The position numbers and the translations under genes were made by a program. Source: Octopus vulgaris (lineage: Eukaryota). Taken from it: a DNA stretch of 64,000 bases. Of this stretch, positions 13,639 through 26,321 are shown piece after piece. The stretch is from the NCBI GenBank assembly GCA_951406725.2, contig OX597819.1, positions 61,876,001 to 61,940,000 on the forward strand. The letters run 5' to 3'. Within the stretch, counting starts at the first letter, position 1. Each line of letters starts with the position of its first letter. Under the pieces are notes generated by a model. That model worked only from the letters and a program-made list of their open reading frames with translations, did not search any database and was not told the DNA's origin.

Positions 13639-13923
13639 GATATCACCCATAAGTGGTCTGAGGTGAGATCATTGGTACCACAGAGGCAACAGGTCCTCAA
13701 ACAGGAAGAACAAAAGCAAATCAACAACGAACGTCTGCGACAACAGTTTGCTGCCAAGGCCAATGAAGTTGGTCAATGGATTGAGGTGCAACTAGACTCT
13801 GTAGCGTCCATCTGCGTCCAGTTGAGAACTTCCCTTGAAGACCAGCTCGCCAAGTTACAACAATATGACAAGGTTGTTGCTTCATACAGACCAAACATGG
13901 ATGAACTGGAGAAATATCACCAG
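13639..13923 (+). CDS. Actn: alpha-actinin exon, spectrin repeats 3/4
   Basis: ttgcAG / GTGAGC; DITHKWSEVRSLVPQRQQ...NERLRQQFAAKAN...ELEKYHQ. Confidence 0.97.
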
Positions 13924-15314
13924 GTGAGCTACAGTTTTTCAACAATACATGTGTATGTGTGAATGAAATGTAATGAGGAGAAATGAAATGTTGTTATGGC
14001 AAGCTGGCAGAATCGTCACAGTACTGGAAGAAATGTTTTGCAGTATTTCATCTGCTTCTTAATGTTCTGAGTTCAGATCCTGCCAAGACCAAGTTTGCCC
14101 TTCATCCCTCTGGGGTTCATAAAATACGGTACAAATCAAATACTGGAGTTGATGAAATTAACTCTTTTTCCCCTCTAAATTGCTGGCCTGGTGCCTTAAT
14201 CAAACCATTATTAATTCCTCATGTTGAAATAATTTTGCCCTGTTATTGTAAATATAAACATGGTGTCTTATCCATATTCTTGTGGTAGTGATGGTAACAT
14301 ACCAGTAGTGATGGTGATGATGGTTTATTGGAGCAAATAATACCAGTTTTGAATTGAAAGTTGGTACTGGCTCTGATGACTGTTTTTGGTGGTGGTAGCA
14401 ATGGGGGTGTCATCATTATTATCATCATCATCATCATTTAACATCCATTGTCCATGTTGGTATGGGTTGGACAGTTTGACTGGGGCTGGAATGCTGGAAG
14501 GCTGCACCAGACTTCAGTCTGATTTGGCATGGTTTTCTAAAGCTGGATGCCCTTCTTAATGTCAGCCACTCTGAGAGTGTAATGGGTGCTTTTACGTGTC
14601 CCACGAGATGCTCTTTTTGCTGTGCATGTGCATGAAAATTTGCAAAATATGTGCAGATGCAATGAGTTAACTATTACTCAAATTTCTTCAACTGAAAAAA
14701 ATTCAGTTTCATCTTGAAATCTTTGTGTGTGCACTGATTATAAAATGTGTACAAGTGCACAGCTTAATGGTGACTGCTGTTCTAATTAAATCCTTTGTAT
14801 TCTATTGATATAATATTAAATGTATTATTTAAAGTGGCAGACTGGCAGAATGGTTAGAGTGCAGGGCAAAATGCTTTGCAGAATTTCATATGCCTTTACT
14901 TTTTGAGTTAAAATCCACCAAGTTTGACTTTGCCATTCATCCTTTAGGCGGTTGATGTAATTGACTCATTTCCTCCCTCTGAAATTTTTGGCCTTGTGCC
15001 AAAATTTGAAACCAATATTAAGCGTATTTTTTGTCTTCTGTCAGTTCTAATGTATTTATGTATATGTGTGTGTGTGTGTGAATGGCTTGAGATGATTCTG
15101 GTTTCATGAGCCTAACCTGCCACACTGGCTCAACATGGCTTGGCAGAGGGATGCAGTTTTTTTCTTGTACACATCCCCAGTATTAGTTAAGTCAATTAAA
15201 GAGATATATATATATTTGTGTGTGTATCTTATGTAATATGTGTGTATATAAATATAGAAAGTGTATTTCCCAGTATTATCTCATAACATTAACTAATAAT
15301 GTTTTATCTTACAG

Positions 15315-15368
15315 CTTGTACAAGAGGCAATGATATTTGAGAACAGATATACACAGTATACTATGGAG
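15315..15368 (+). CDS. Actn: alpha-actinin exon
   Basis: ttacAG / GTATGT; LVQEAMIFENRYTQYTME. Confidence 0.96.
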
Positions 15369-15473
15369 GTATGTAATGTTTTACTTATATCTATCTCTCC
15401 CAATCACATGATTGATCTGATGGGGGTGGTGTGGTGGAAATCAGTTTCCCATTTCTTCAACATTATAAATGTA

Positions 15474-16328
15474 TGAGGTGTAGTCAAAGAGTATCTGACC
15501 TTTGGCCAAAAACAAGTAATATTTAAAAAAACTCACCATTTTGATTTAATCTCCTTCAAAATATTCACTTTGGGAATCTGCACACTTCTGCCACTGCTGG
15601 AAATCACTTTTTGGGATGATGTAGAGCTGTGCCGTCGAATTTTGCTTAATGTCCTCTGTTGACTCAAATCTTCTCCCTTTGAGTGTTTTTTTTTTTTTAG
15701 CTTTGGGAGGAGCCAAATGTCATATGGTGCCATGTCTGGGGAGTAGGAAGCCTAACGAACAAGTGGTGTGTTTTGCTTGACGAGGAATGCTTGTACGATG
15801 TGGTTGGAATGAACTGAACTGATACATGGCTGATTCCAACTTCAGCAAAAATCTCCTCAATAGTCACATGAGTCTTCATAGACTATTCCTCGAACCTTGG
15901 CAATCATTTCATCATTTATGCTAGTTGATGTTCTGCCACTACATGGCTCGCTGTCCACTGAGGTGCAATCATTTTAGAACCAGTTGTACCACTCATTTAT
16001 TTGTGTTTTTCCCATATCATCTCCAAAAGTCTTCTGAATCTTCTTGATAGCCTGGGCTTTTGCATATCACGAAGCTTTTGACAGAATTTGATACAGTATC
16101 TTTCCTCAATGTGCTCAGTCATCTTGACTCAGAAAGAAAAATTACTCAGCACACTCTTCACATCTGTACTCAATGCATCACTGTGGGCGAATGGCACAAC
16201 CTACTGGCATGAGAATTTTTGTGCATGTTCAGAAGGACGTGGCCACCTAATACCCATGCAGATTTTGTTTGCACATTATTATTTTGTGCAAAAAAAATCA
16301 AGGTCGGATACTTTTTGACTACCCCTCG
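15474..16328 (-). mobile_element. internally deleted mariner (Tc1/mariner) element in intron
   Basis: TA TSD; 28-bp TIRs tgaggtgtagtcaaagagtatctgacct / aggtcggatactttttgactacccctcg; minus-strand remnants PDMAPYDIWLLPKLK (YSPDLAP-like) and HTH-like TIEEIFAEVGISHVSV. Confidence 0.9.
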
Positions 16329-16412
16329 TACCATTATATGTATCATATCTCAGTTTATTAATAACATTGTTCTCTGCTATTTATTTTTGTTTTCCCTTTA
16401 TTTTATTTCTAG

Positions 16413-16481
16413 ACTTTACGTGTTGGATGGGAGCAGTTATTGACTGCCATTGCCAGAAACATCAACGAAGTCGAAAACCAG
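16413..16481 (+). CDS. Actn: alpha-actinin exon, end of spectrin repeat 4
   Basis: ttctAG / GTAATT; [23 protein letters not shown]. Confidence 0.97.
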
Positions 16482-16842
16482 GTAATTTTTTCATCTTTTT
16501 TTTTTCCCCCATCTGTAAGTTGAGCAATGAGAACAATAGGTTCTTATAATATTTATGTTTCGAAGCTCAAGCAAGGAACCATGGTGGAGAGTATATATAT
16601 GAACACAGCCATTAAAGATTTCATTCCCTGGATAATGTTCTGAGTTCAGAATCCTACCTAGCTCAGCTCCACTTTTCGTCCCTCTGGGGTCTAGTAGGTC
16701 AATGTAATCTTCCTTCTCATTGAAACAACTGACCTTGTGACTTGACTGAAATATTTCTTTTGCTTAAATATATTCTGCACATTTGATTGGGAGGAGAGGT
16801 CATCATAAAGTTGTTTTAATTTTTATAACATCATTTCATTAA

Positions 16843-17078
16843 CACGTTAACTGCCACACTTACCACTGGTACTTGATTGCAAACTTCATACAACCACCAT
16901 ATGAACCACCCGTGGTATATCTTCATAATTTGAGAAAATATTTTATTCTGTCTTTGACATGGTTTCAAGGATATTTAAATAACACGAGCGCTAAATATGA
17001 AATATTGTCAAAATGCAAAACAAATTATATTTCCTTGTAATTAAACAGTATGCAGAACAGACAGTGGCAGTTAATGAG
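16843..17078. mobile_element. TTAA-flanked MITE
   Basis: TTAA-cacgttaactgccac ... gtggcagttaatgag-TTAA. Confidence 0.75.
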
Positions 17079-17181
17079 TTAAGAATACTTTTATGATCTT
17101 TGATATATTGCTTTTTTTGACTCCTCCTATTTCTGTTATGCTATTCTTCCCTAATGCAATCCAATGTTCTTTTTTCTGTAG

Positions 17182-17340
17182 ATTCTTACCAGAGACTCAA
17201 AGGGTATCAGTGAAGACCAGATGAATGAGTTCCGTATGTCATTTAATCATTTTGACAAAACTCGTAGCAGGAGACTTGAACCGAAAGAATTCAAAGCATG
17301 TCTTGTTAGTTTGGGTTACAAAATCAGAGATGATAAACAG
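17182..17340 (+). CDS. Actn: alpha-actinin exon, EF-hand 1
   Basis: ctgtAG / GTAAGC; [53 protein letters not shown]. Confidence 0.97.
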
Positions 17341-18593
17341 GTAAGCTTTCTTTTGGTTCCTTTACAAGAGGAAAAGTTAATATGATTCTACTCCATCACC
17401 TGTTAATGCAAGTAAGTGTTGAGCTGTTTTATTCTTGAGACATGAATTATTCCTAATCTTTGAGAATAATTTCCAATGAATAGACAGGCTAACAACAGCA
17501 GGAAATTTAACTTTTGTTGGGTTGATTGCATTACAGATACTTTAACTTTTTTTATATCAACCCCATCTATGAGTACTCCTGGTTCTTAGATACAACAATT
17601 CATGTTTTTAACCCTTTAGCATTTAGCTTATTCTGTCAAACGTAATAGCTTTTTATTCACATTGTTTTGAATAATCATAAATTATCTCATAGCTTTGAGA
17701 GATCAATGATGTGATTGTTTACTTTCAGAATGACATTGTTGGGTAATGTTTCAAAACATCAGTTTAATAATAACAGTTATTCTGCTGAATTTATCATTAT
17801 TTTCTTAAGTTAATTTAAACAAAGGCTGTGTATTTCAACAGAAATATGGTTAAAAAAAAAAGCGGGTGGGTGATGCTCATATTTCATTTGGTGAAGGACC
17901 CAACCACATCTTATACATTGATTTCTGTTGTAGAGTTTGGAGTAAGTATCATACCAATGTTTGATGAGTTTTAAATCATTTCAACAAATTATTATTATTA
18001 TTATTATTATCTACACTGCCAAGAGTATACAATTTTGATGGAAATATGAGGAAGGGTTAAGCAGAAATGATGGATGGGGAGATTTGAAAACGGATGTTAA
18101 GAGTATCCTGTACAATCTGGCTATAAGAAAGAATGTCGATTGTTTGGAACATAAATGGAAGGGTCAATTTGGTTTTTAATTCTCCTGTTCTTCTACATAT
18201 GATAAACCTAGCACTATGATTGAAATCAAACTGTTTGGTACTGGCATTTTGACATTATTAGATAGTTTGATGATTATTAATAAAACAAGTCTGAAATACT
18301 TTGAGAGAGAGCAAAGCTAACATGGCTGTTGATTTTGTAAGTAAATAGTTAAAGGAAGCCATATCTAATATCCATTTCCTTTCTTCAAGATATTTTTTTT
18401 AAAAATCCAAGAACGGCTATTACTTTAATGGGGATTCTATGATTTATCTAGTTTGGTATTCTGATAAATTGTCGAAAACTAACATAACAAATTCACTTTT
18501 GATCTTCCCTCCATCTCATTGCAGGAGACATTTATTTCTTTCATACAAGACATCAGTTAACCAATTACTAATGCTTCCTTTTCTTTTCATCAG

Positions 18594-18752
18594 GGTGAGA
18601 CTGACTTCCAACGAATTATGTCTATAGTAGACCCGAATGGCTCTGGTTACGTTTCCTTTGATGCTTTCTTAGACTTCATGACAAGAGAAACAGCAGATAC
18701 TGACACTGCAGAACAAGTTATGCAATCTTTCAAGATCTTAGCTGGTGACAAA
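18594..18752 (+). CDS. Actn: alpha-actinin exon, EF-hands 2/3
   Basis: catcAG / GTGAGT; [53 protein letters not shown]. Confidence 0.97.
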
Positions 18753-19111
18753 GTGAGTGATTATTTCTAAATCTTATTGTATTAAAATCAATTTCAATCT
18801 GTATGCCATGTTTGATGGCATCTAAAACAATCTTTTTTTATCTAAAGAAACATCTCCAAGACTCACCTCAAATGCTATATGCAAAGTTGGGTCCCCCGTA
18901 AGCAAATTTTGTCCCTGTTTTAATGCACTAATAACTGAATATGTGCCGCTGAAATTAGGATCTGTCTGTGTTTTTGATGCCATAAACGATGGTAATACTG
19001 ATCGGTCATTTTTGATGGTAAATTGGTTTTCATGTTCATCTGATTTTATTCTGTAATCAAGATGATTTCATTGTATATTGTCTAATAATTTGCTTGGTTT
19101 TTGTTTTCCAG

Positions 19112-19270
19112 AACTATATTACTGCCCAAATTCTACGTCAAGAATTACCACCAGAACAAGCTGAATACTGTATCCAACGGATGGCACCTTACACAGGTCA
19201 TGATGGTGCTCCTGGAGCACTTGACTACATGTCCTTCTCAACAGCCCTTTATGGTGAAAGTGACCTCTAA
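19112..19270 (+). CDS. Actn: alpha-actinin terminal coding exon ending ESDL*
   Basis: ttccAG acceptor; [52 protein letters not shown] then TAA. Confidence 0.98.
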   Translation, partial: NYITAQILRQELPPEQAEYCIQRMAPYTGHDGAPGALDYMSFSTALYGESDL

Positions 19271-20302
19271 GTTTACTGAACTCTCTATGATCCCTTCTTT
19301 ACCTCCTCTCACTTTAACTGCTATGATCTCTCTCTCTCTCTCCTTCTGTCTGTCTGTCTCTCTCTTTTTCTCTCTATCTATCTGTCTCCTTTTCTTCTTT
19401 CTCCCTTGCTTTTGGCTGTGTAATTGTGAGTTGTCACCGAGCAATATGAAACAAAACCATCTGACAGACAAACTGTGTGAAATAAATCGTTTGGCAATCA
19501 ATGACCAACGCAAGATAATAACTCGTGCTGCATACTTACAAGACATAAGTCAAAGCAGTGGATGTTGTGATAAAAACCAGTGTGGAAAATACCATTTTTT
19601 ATATCAATTCATGCTGAAATATAATGATAATAACAACAACAACAACAACACTGACATATTCAATATTCTTTTGCCCTCTTCCTGCAACCTGAAATGAACC
19701 AAATTACTTTCCTTCCATTAACGACAAAAGAAGACAACAGAAAACAACAACAACAGCAACAAATACTCTAGCAACATTTTAACATTCAGATTGTATTTTT
19801 GTATCTCTTTACAAATGCCAATCCTTTACTGTGTGTAGCTTATTTCCTGTCTTAATTGCTAAAATGAAATACATATATTTAATTACTATTGACAGATTTT
19901 GATTTTGTTAACATTGACTCTCATGAACACTACTACTACTACTACAACTACTACTACTACTATTAATACTACAATTATCAACTACAACAGTTGCCAGATT
20001 GGTAACTGTTTCTGCAATTCAGACTCTAACAACTATTGGGAGACAATGATAGCAGCATTGGTGCTAGGAGGGTGTGACCTCGGGCAGTAACGATATGGTT
20101 CAGTCACTGGTTTGCTACCCTCGTTAAAAGTCTGATAATAGCTGCCAGCTTAGAGAAATAGTTTGGTTCAACTCCACTTCTGCTGGCAGATTCCCACAGT
20201 TGATTTGTCTGCAATAGATTCTAAGATGTACTTCTCTACTAAATAGGATCACTGCTAACTAATAGCAAAAATGTAGTAAATTAGTTTTGTTTCTCTCCTT
20301 TT

Positions 20303-20345
<43 letters not shown>

Positions 20346-22090
20346 TGATATCTTTTCTTCCTACATCGTTTTGTGAAGCAGTTGTCAGGATTTTCTCGTG
20401 TCTCTCATAAAGAAGTTGTGAGAGTTCTCGTCTGTCTTCCATGAAGAAAACTCATCAGAGCTCATCTCTTTCTTGCCCTCCATTTAGCAGAAGTCTTACA
20501 AAATATGAAAGAGATGAATAGGTTTAATTTTCTGATATAGAAGAAAAACGTGTCAATAATTACTAGTGATTTCCAGTGTAGCTAACTTTGTTATTCATCC
20601 TAAGCATTTAGCTGTGGCTCTGCTTGTCTGGTATATGTCTTGAGGAAAATAAATGGCCCTTTTAATCTAATAAAAAGGACTCTGTTATCAATAGTGGATG
20701 TCCTAACAGACAAACATTATTACCAACTGGGACTGGACACCATTTGTACTGCAATGGCAGCTGTGTTGCACCAACAGAAGAAATAATTACAGATTTACAA
20801 AGAAATGCTTCCATTGGGTCGTTTCTTCAGCGCTGATTAATGTGCACGTATGTGTGTGTGTGTATATATTTATGTGTGTGTATGTATATGTGTGCGTGTG
20901 TATATGTATTTATGCATGTATGTATATACACACAAACCCGCTCACATTTTTCAGTTGGAAATGGTTTTCCTAAGTGATTATTTGAAAAAAAGAAAAATAC
21001 AATCTGTCTATTTTGTGTCAATCTGCTACCCACTGGTTGCTAACATTTATAACAGTACATCGTATTATTCTCTACTTATAGCCCTGTCTGACCATCTTCT
21101 GTCTCTTACACAGGAAATGTTCAGTGTTTACTAACATCAAGTGGAGAAACAATACAGATATAAAATGATTTGGAGGAAGTTTTTGGTTCATTCTCTTTTC
21201 AATTTTATTTATTTTTATATCTTTTTAATGAAGGGATTTTTTTTTTTTGTTTCTTGTTTTGTGTGAGTGTGTTCATTTGGGATTCAGCCATCCCATGGCT
21301 GGGTAGTTAATAGTGGAGGAATGCCTACCAGTTCAGTTCCATTCTTTGACCATCAAACAGGTCATAACTTTTGGCATTCTGTTTGTCTCTCTTTATAAGT
21401 AAGCTTCCTCTTATCAGCCTTTAACTAAATCGTACAAGAAAGGCTAAACTCAGTCAATATGTAAAAAATGAAAAAAGCAGTACTGCTCTTTAAACCTTGT
21501 TTATTTTATTTTATATAAATATATATCTATATATTTTTTTTTTTTTCGTAAGTCACCGAATGTCTACTGCCAACATCATCTTCATGCCTCATCAATCGTG
21601 ATTGACACTCACAGTTAGGGAGAGAGATGAGGACGGCTGTTTAGAAGAGCAAAATATATCACTGATTGAATTGATGAGAAACAACTGTGACCCTTAGACT
21701 TCTTCATTTTTGTTGTCGAAACAAGTTTCCATCAGTTGTTGATCTTTGAGTTCTCAGTACGGAGCAGTTTATGAGAGGCAAGCAGAAATGATGGGTGATT
21801 CCAACCTATTTTGATAAATGCTACAACTTGTATTTTTCTAAAGCTGACAAACACAGAAATAAAATAAAATAAAATGAAATTTTAAAAAATTATTTTGAAC
21901 TTTATTATCAACAATTTTGGTATTCAAAACCCTGGTGCTAACCCATAGCATGGACGACTGGATGGCTGGCTTTTCAATATAAGCCATATCTGATGGTCAC
22001 TTTGCTTTTTGCTTGCACACAGAATCATGCCCTGTTGGTAAAATTCTTTCTTTTTTTTCCCCCCCTTTTTTTTAAACAAAAAAAAATAAA
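19271..22090 (+). other. Actn: probable long 3' UTR of alpha-actinin
   Basis: Follows the stop codon; no recognisable SINEs; AATAAA at 19481, 20648, 20669, 21858, 22085. True end unknown. Confidence 0.5.
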
Positions 22091-22774
22091 AGAAGTAAAA
22101 CAAAAATGCTGAAATTTAATTCTTGCCTCCTTTTCTTCCATGATGATTCTCTGACATAATTGAAATATCTGCAGTATTCTTAAAGATTACTGTCCAAACT
22201 CATCTTCGTCTTTACCTCTTTGGAAGTGTTTTAATTTCATTTTTTTTTTTTTTTTGAAGCTCAAATAAGATTTGAATGAGCAAGAATGTGTGAGAATTCA
22301 ATCAAATATGTACCTACGTATCTGTGTGTATAAGTGTACTCATACCTTAGTCAAAGATGAATGTATCTCTTGTGTTTTGTACGCGCTCGTGAATGTGTGT
22401 GTGTACACAGACACGCAACCACACACACATGTGCATGTATATATATGTCTGTATAAATTTGTTTTATATCATTGGATTGATATTTCAGTTGGATACATTT
22501 TCCAACTGCTGTCTATTTTTTACTTTCTCTGGCAGCAGATGTATGAATGTTAATCTGTGAAGATGGAATGATTGCATGTGTGAATGAGAAAAGAATGCAT
22601 CTACATAAGATTTTATCAATTATTACCATCCGTTCCCTACTATTTGTTTCCATATAGTCCTGGAAATGTGTGCACAGTGTCTGCATTGTACATACATACA
22701 GCAATACATACATATATATATGTGTATGTCATTGTTTTTCGTGTTTTTAAGTTACCACATTGGTCATGGAGGAA

Positions 22775-23500
<726 letters not shown>

Positions 23501-23878
23501 TATCTATTGGAAAATAAAAATTTATTATTATTCTGTTGTCAAATAAAATTTAATTTCAGTTTTAACTATAAAAACTTTGTTATTTCCATAATGATGCTGG
23601 CCTTCGTCTGTTAATAATAATCCTCTTCTCTCGTTATTTTATATTATTAACTGATGAAGTCTACTATTGATCTTTTCCAAATTATTATTATTTCATTGTT
23701 TACTTTATTCTAAACTAAAATAAAAATAAAAATCTAATTAAATTAAATTAAAATTACATTAAATCGACCGAATCCAATACATGCTCTTCTATTTTTATTT
23801 ATTAATTTATTATATTTCTGATAAATTTGTTTTTTTTTTTTTTACTTTTCCTCAATTATCTTTACAAAAAATAGTCTC

Positions 23879-23918
<40 letters not shown>

Positions 23919-23920
<2 letters not shown>

Positions 23921-25430
23921 GGTGGTGAGCTCGCAGAATCTTAGCACACTGGGTAAAGATGCTTAGCAGCACTTCATCTATCTTTGTGTTCTGAGTTCAA
24001 ATTCTGCCAAGGTTGACTTTGCCTTTCATCCTTTCAGGGTCAACAAAATAAGTACCAGTTGAATACTGGGGTTTCATGTAAGACAACATACCACTCCTCC
24101 AAAGTTACTGGCTTTGTGTCAAAATTTGAAACTATTATTAATATTAATATTTTTATCGTCATCATTGCAGTAAGATGGCAGAATCGTTAGCATGTTGGAC
24201 AAAATGCTTCACAGCATTTTTCACAGCTCTTCATATTCTGAGTTCAAATTCCACTTGGCCTTTCATCCTTTTGGGGTTGATAAAATGAACAGCTCTTGAA
24301 TGCTGGGGGTCAGTATAATTGACTTACCCTCTCTGTCAAAATTGTTGGCCTTGTGCCTTTAGTAGAAAGTATTATTATTACTAGCTGACCTCGTGCCATC
24401 AAAAATGAAGGTTAATTGTAATATTTTATATATAAATAAAGTACATAATAATCACAGATACAAACATTCACATACTTACCTTGTACATGTACACACACAC
24501 ATATACTCACATGGAGTTGAAACACTGTTTGATTTTTCTTTTCAGCATTGAATGTTCACCATCACACTACCATTGCACACACATATTCACATACTTCCCT
24601 TTTACTTACACACACACATACTCACACAGAGTTGAAACAGTCCCACTACCAGTTTGCCTTCACCCCTTCCTTTCTCATTCATATGTTGTGATGGAGAAAA
24701 CACGGGAGTATTATTATTATTAATAGTAGTAAGAAAATAGCAAACTGGCAGAGTCATTAAAAAAATTGGACAAAATGCTTAGCAGCATTTCTTTTAACTC
24801 TTGACATTATGAGTTCAAATTCTGCTACTGTCAACTTTGTCTTTTGTCGCTTCAGGGTCAGTATAAAATAAGCACCAATTGAGCACTGGGGTTGCTGTAG
24901 ATGACTGACCCCCCACTCCCTACAAAAATCACTGGACCTGCACGAATATTTCTAATAATTACTATTAATATTGATTTCAAATTTTGGCCCAAGGCCACCA
25001 AGTTCAGGATTGTGGATAGGTCAGTTACCCCCTACTCTGAACTGATGTGAGTCGATTACATCAAATCCCACGCTCATCTCGTACTTATTGCATCGATCTT
25101 GAAAGGATGAATGCAAAGTCAACCTTGGCAGGATTTGAACTCAGAACATAAAGACGGACAAAATGCTGTTAAGCCATCTACCCAGTGTGCTAATGATTCT
25201 GTCAGCTCACTGTCTTACAGTTATTATTAATATTAATAAGGAAATGAAGGTGGCAAGCTGGCAGAATCGTTAGAACACCAATCAAAATGCTTAGAGGTAT
25301 TTCGTCCATCTGAGCTCAAATCCTGCCACGGTCAGCTTCGGCTTTCATCCTTTCAGGGTCAATAAAATACCAGTCAAGCATTGAGGTCTACATAATCAAC
25401 TTAACTCTCCTCTCCTTAAAATTGCTAAAA
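23919..25430. mobile_element. cluster of SINE family B copies (four on +, one on - at ~24975-25215)
   Basis: aaggtggtgagct..cagaatc..ttagca...ttctgagttcaaattc...gcctttcatcctttc..gggtc; core resembles the Nin/Deu-type SINE domain (inference). Confidence 0.85.
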
Positions 25431-25448
25431 TTAGAATTATTATTATTG

Positions 25449-25832
25449 GGCTTGGGAGTGGCTGTGTGGTAAGTAGTTTGCTTACCAAGCACATGGTTCC
25501 GGGTTCAGTCCCACTGCGCGGCACCTTGGGCAAGTGTCTTCTACTATAGCCTCGGGCCTACCAAAGCCTTGAGTGGATTTGGCAGACGGAAACTGAAAGA
25601 AGCCCGTCGTATATATGTATATGTATGTGTGTGTCTGTGTTTGTTCCTTCAACATTGCTTGACAACCGATGCTGGTGGTTTACATCCTCGTAACTTAGTG
25701 GTTCGGCAAAAGAGACCGATAGAATAAATACTAGGCTTACAAAGAATAAGTCCTGGGGTCGATTTGCTTGACTAAATGCAGTGCTCCAGCATGGCCACAG
25801 TCCCATGATTGAAACAAGTAAAAGAGTAAAGG
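25449..25832 (+). mobile_element. full-length SINE family A
   Basis: A-box-like gtggctgtgtggtaag, B-box ggttcagtccc, tail gtaaaagag. Confidence 0.9.
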
Positions 25833-26017
25833 GAGTAATTATAAATGAGGTACTTATTACCCACATCCCTAGCATTATACTGTAATGTGACTGATGTGTA
25901 GCGTTTCCTAAAAGTCAATGGGTAAGACTGAGACCTTCAAACAACTGCTTGTGATGACTGAATTGCTTCTTTACAGATCAATCTTATAACATTAAGATAG
26001 AAATATATATATGTATG

Positions 26018-26312
26018 TGGAGGCGCAATGACCCAGTGGTTAGGGCAGCGTACTCGACTTGCGATTTCGATTCCCAGACTGGGCATTGTGAGTGTTTATT
26101 GAGCGGAAACACTTAGAAGCTCCACGAGGTTTCAGCCGGGGGTGGTGGCGATCCCTGCTGTACTCTTTCGCCACAACTTTCTCTCACTCTTTCTTCTGTT
26201 GGCCTGCTCGCTTACCCAACGGGGTGGCGTCAATTGAAGGCTAAAACAATGCAAAGTGCCTTGTGACCAGCGATGTGTTGCAACATCTGGTAGCCTGGTT
26301 GGTCATGTGATG
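26018..26312 (+). mobile_element. tRNA-derived SINE family C
   Basis: ggaggcgcaatgacccagtggttagggc...ttcgattccc; inverted copy at ~35616-35904; relatives at ~11000-11200, 31529-31690, 32915-33211, 46833-47165. Confidence 0.85.
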
Positions 26313-26321
26313 TGATATATG

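Noticed and set aside
19268-19300. Stop-codon readthrough of actinin
   Set aside because: TAA-G is not a leaky context and the conserved ESDL end is expected to be terminal
19101-19697. 198-aa ORF over the last actinin exon
   Set aside because: Different frame from the spliced CDS, TTG start inside the acceptor, runs through CT and AAC repeats
23651-23690. CTGATGA hammerhead or C-box candidate
   Set aside because: No downstream GAAA box or convincing stems
26018-26095. tRNA gene calls for SINE heads (also ~31529, ~46833)
   Set aside because: A/B boxes run straight into repeat bodies and no full cloverleaf closes; these are SINE heads
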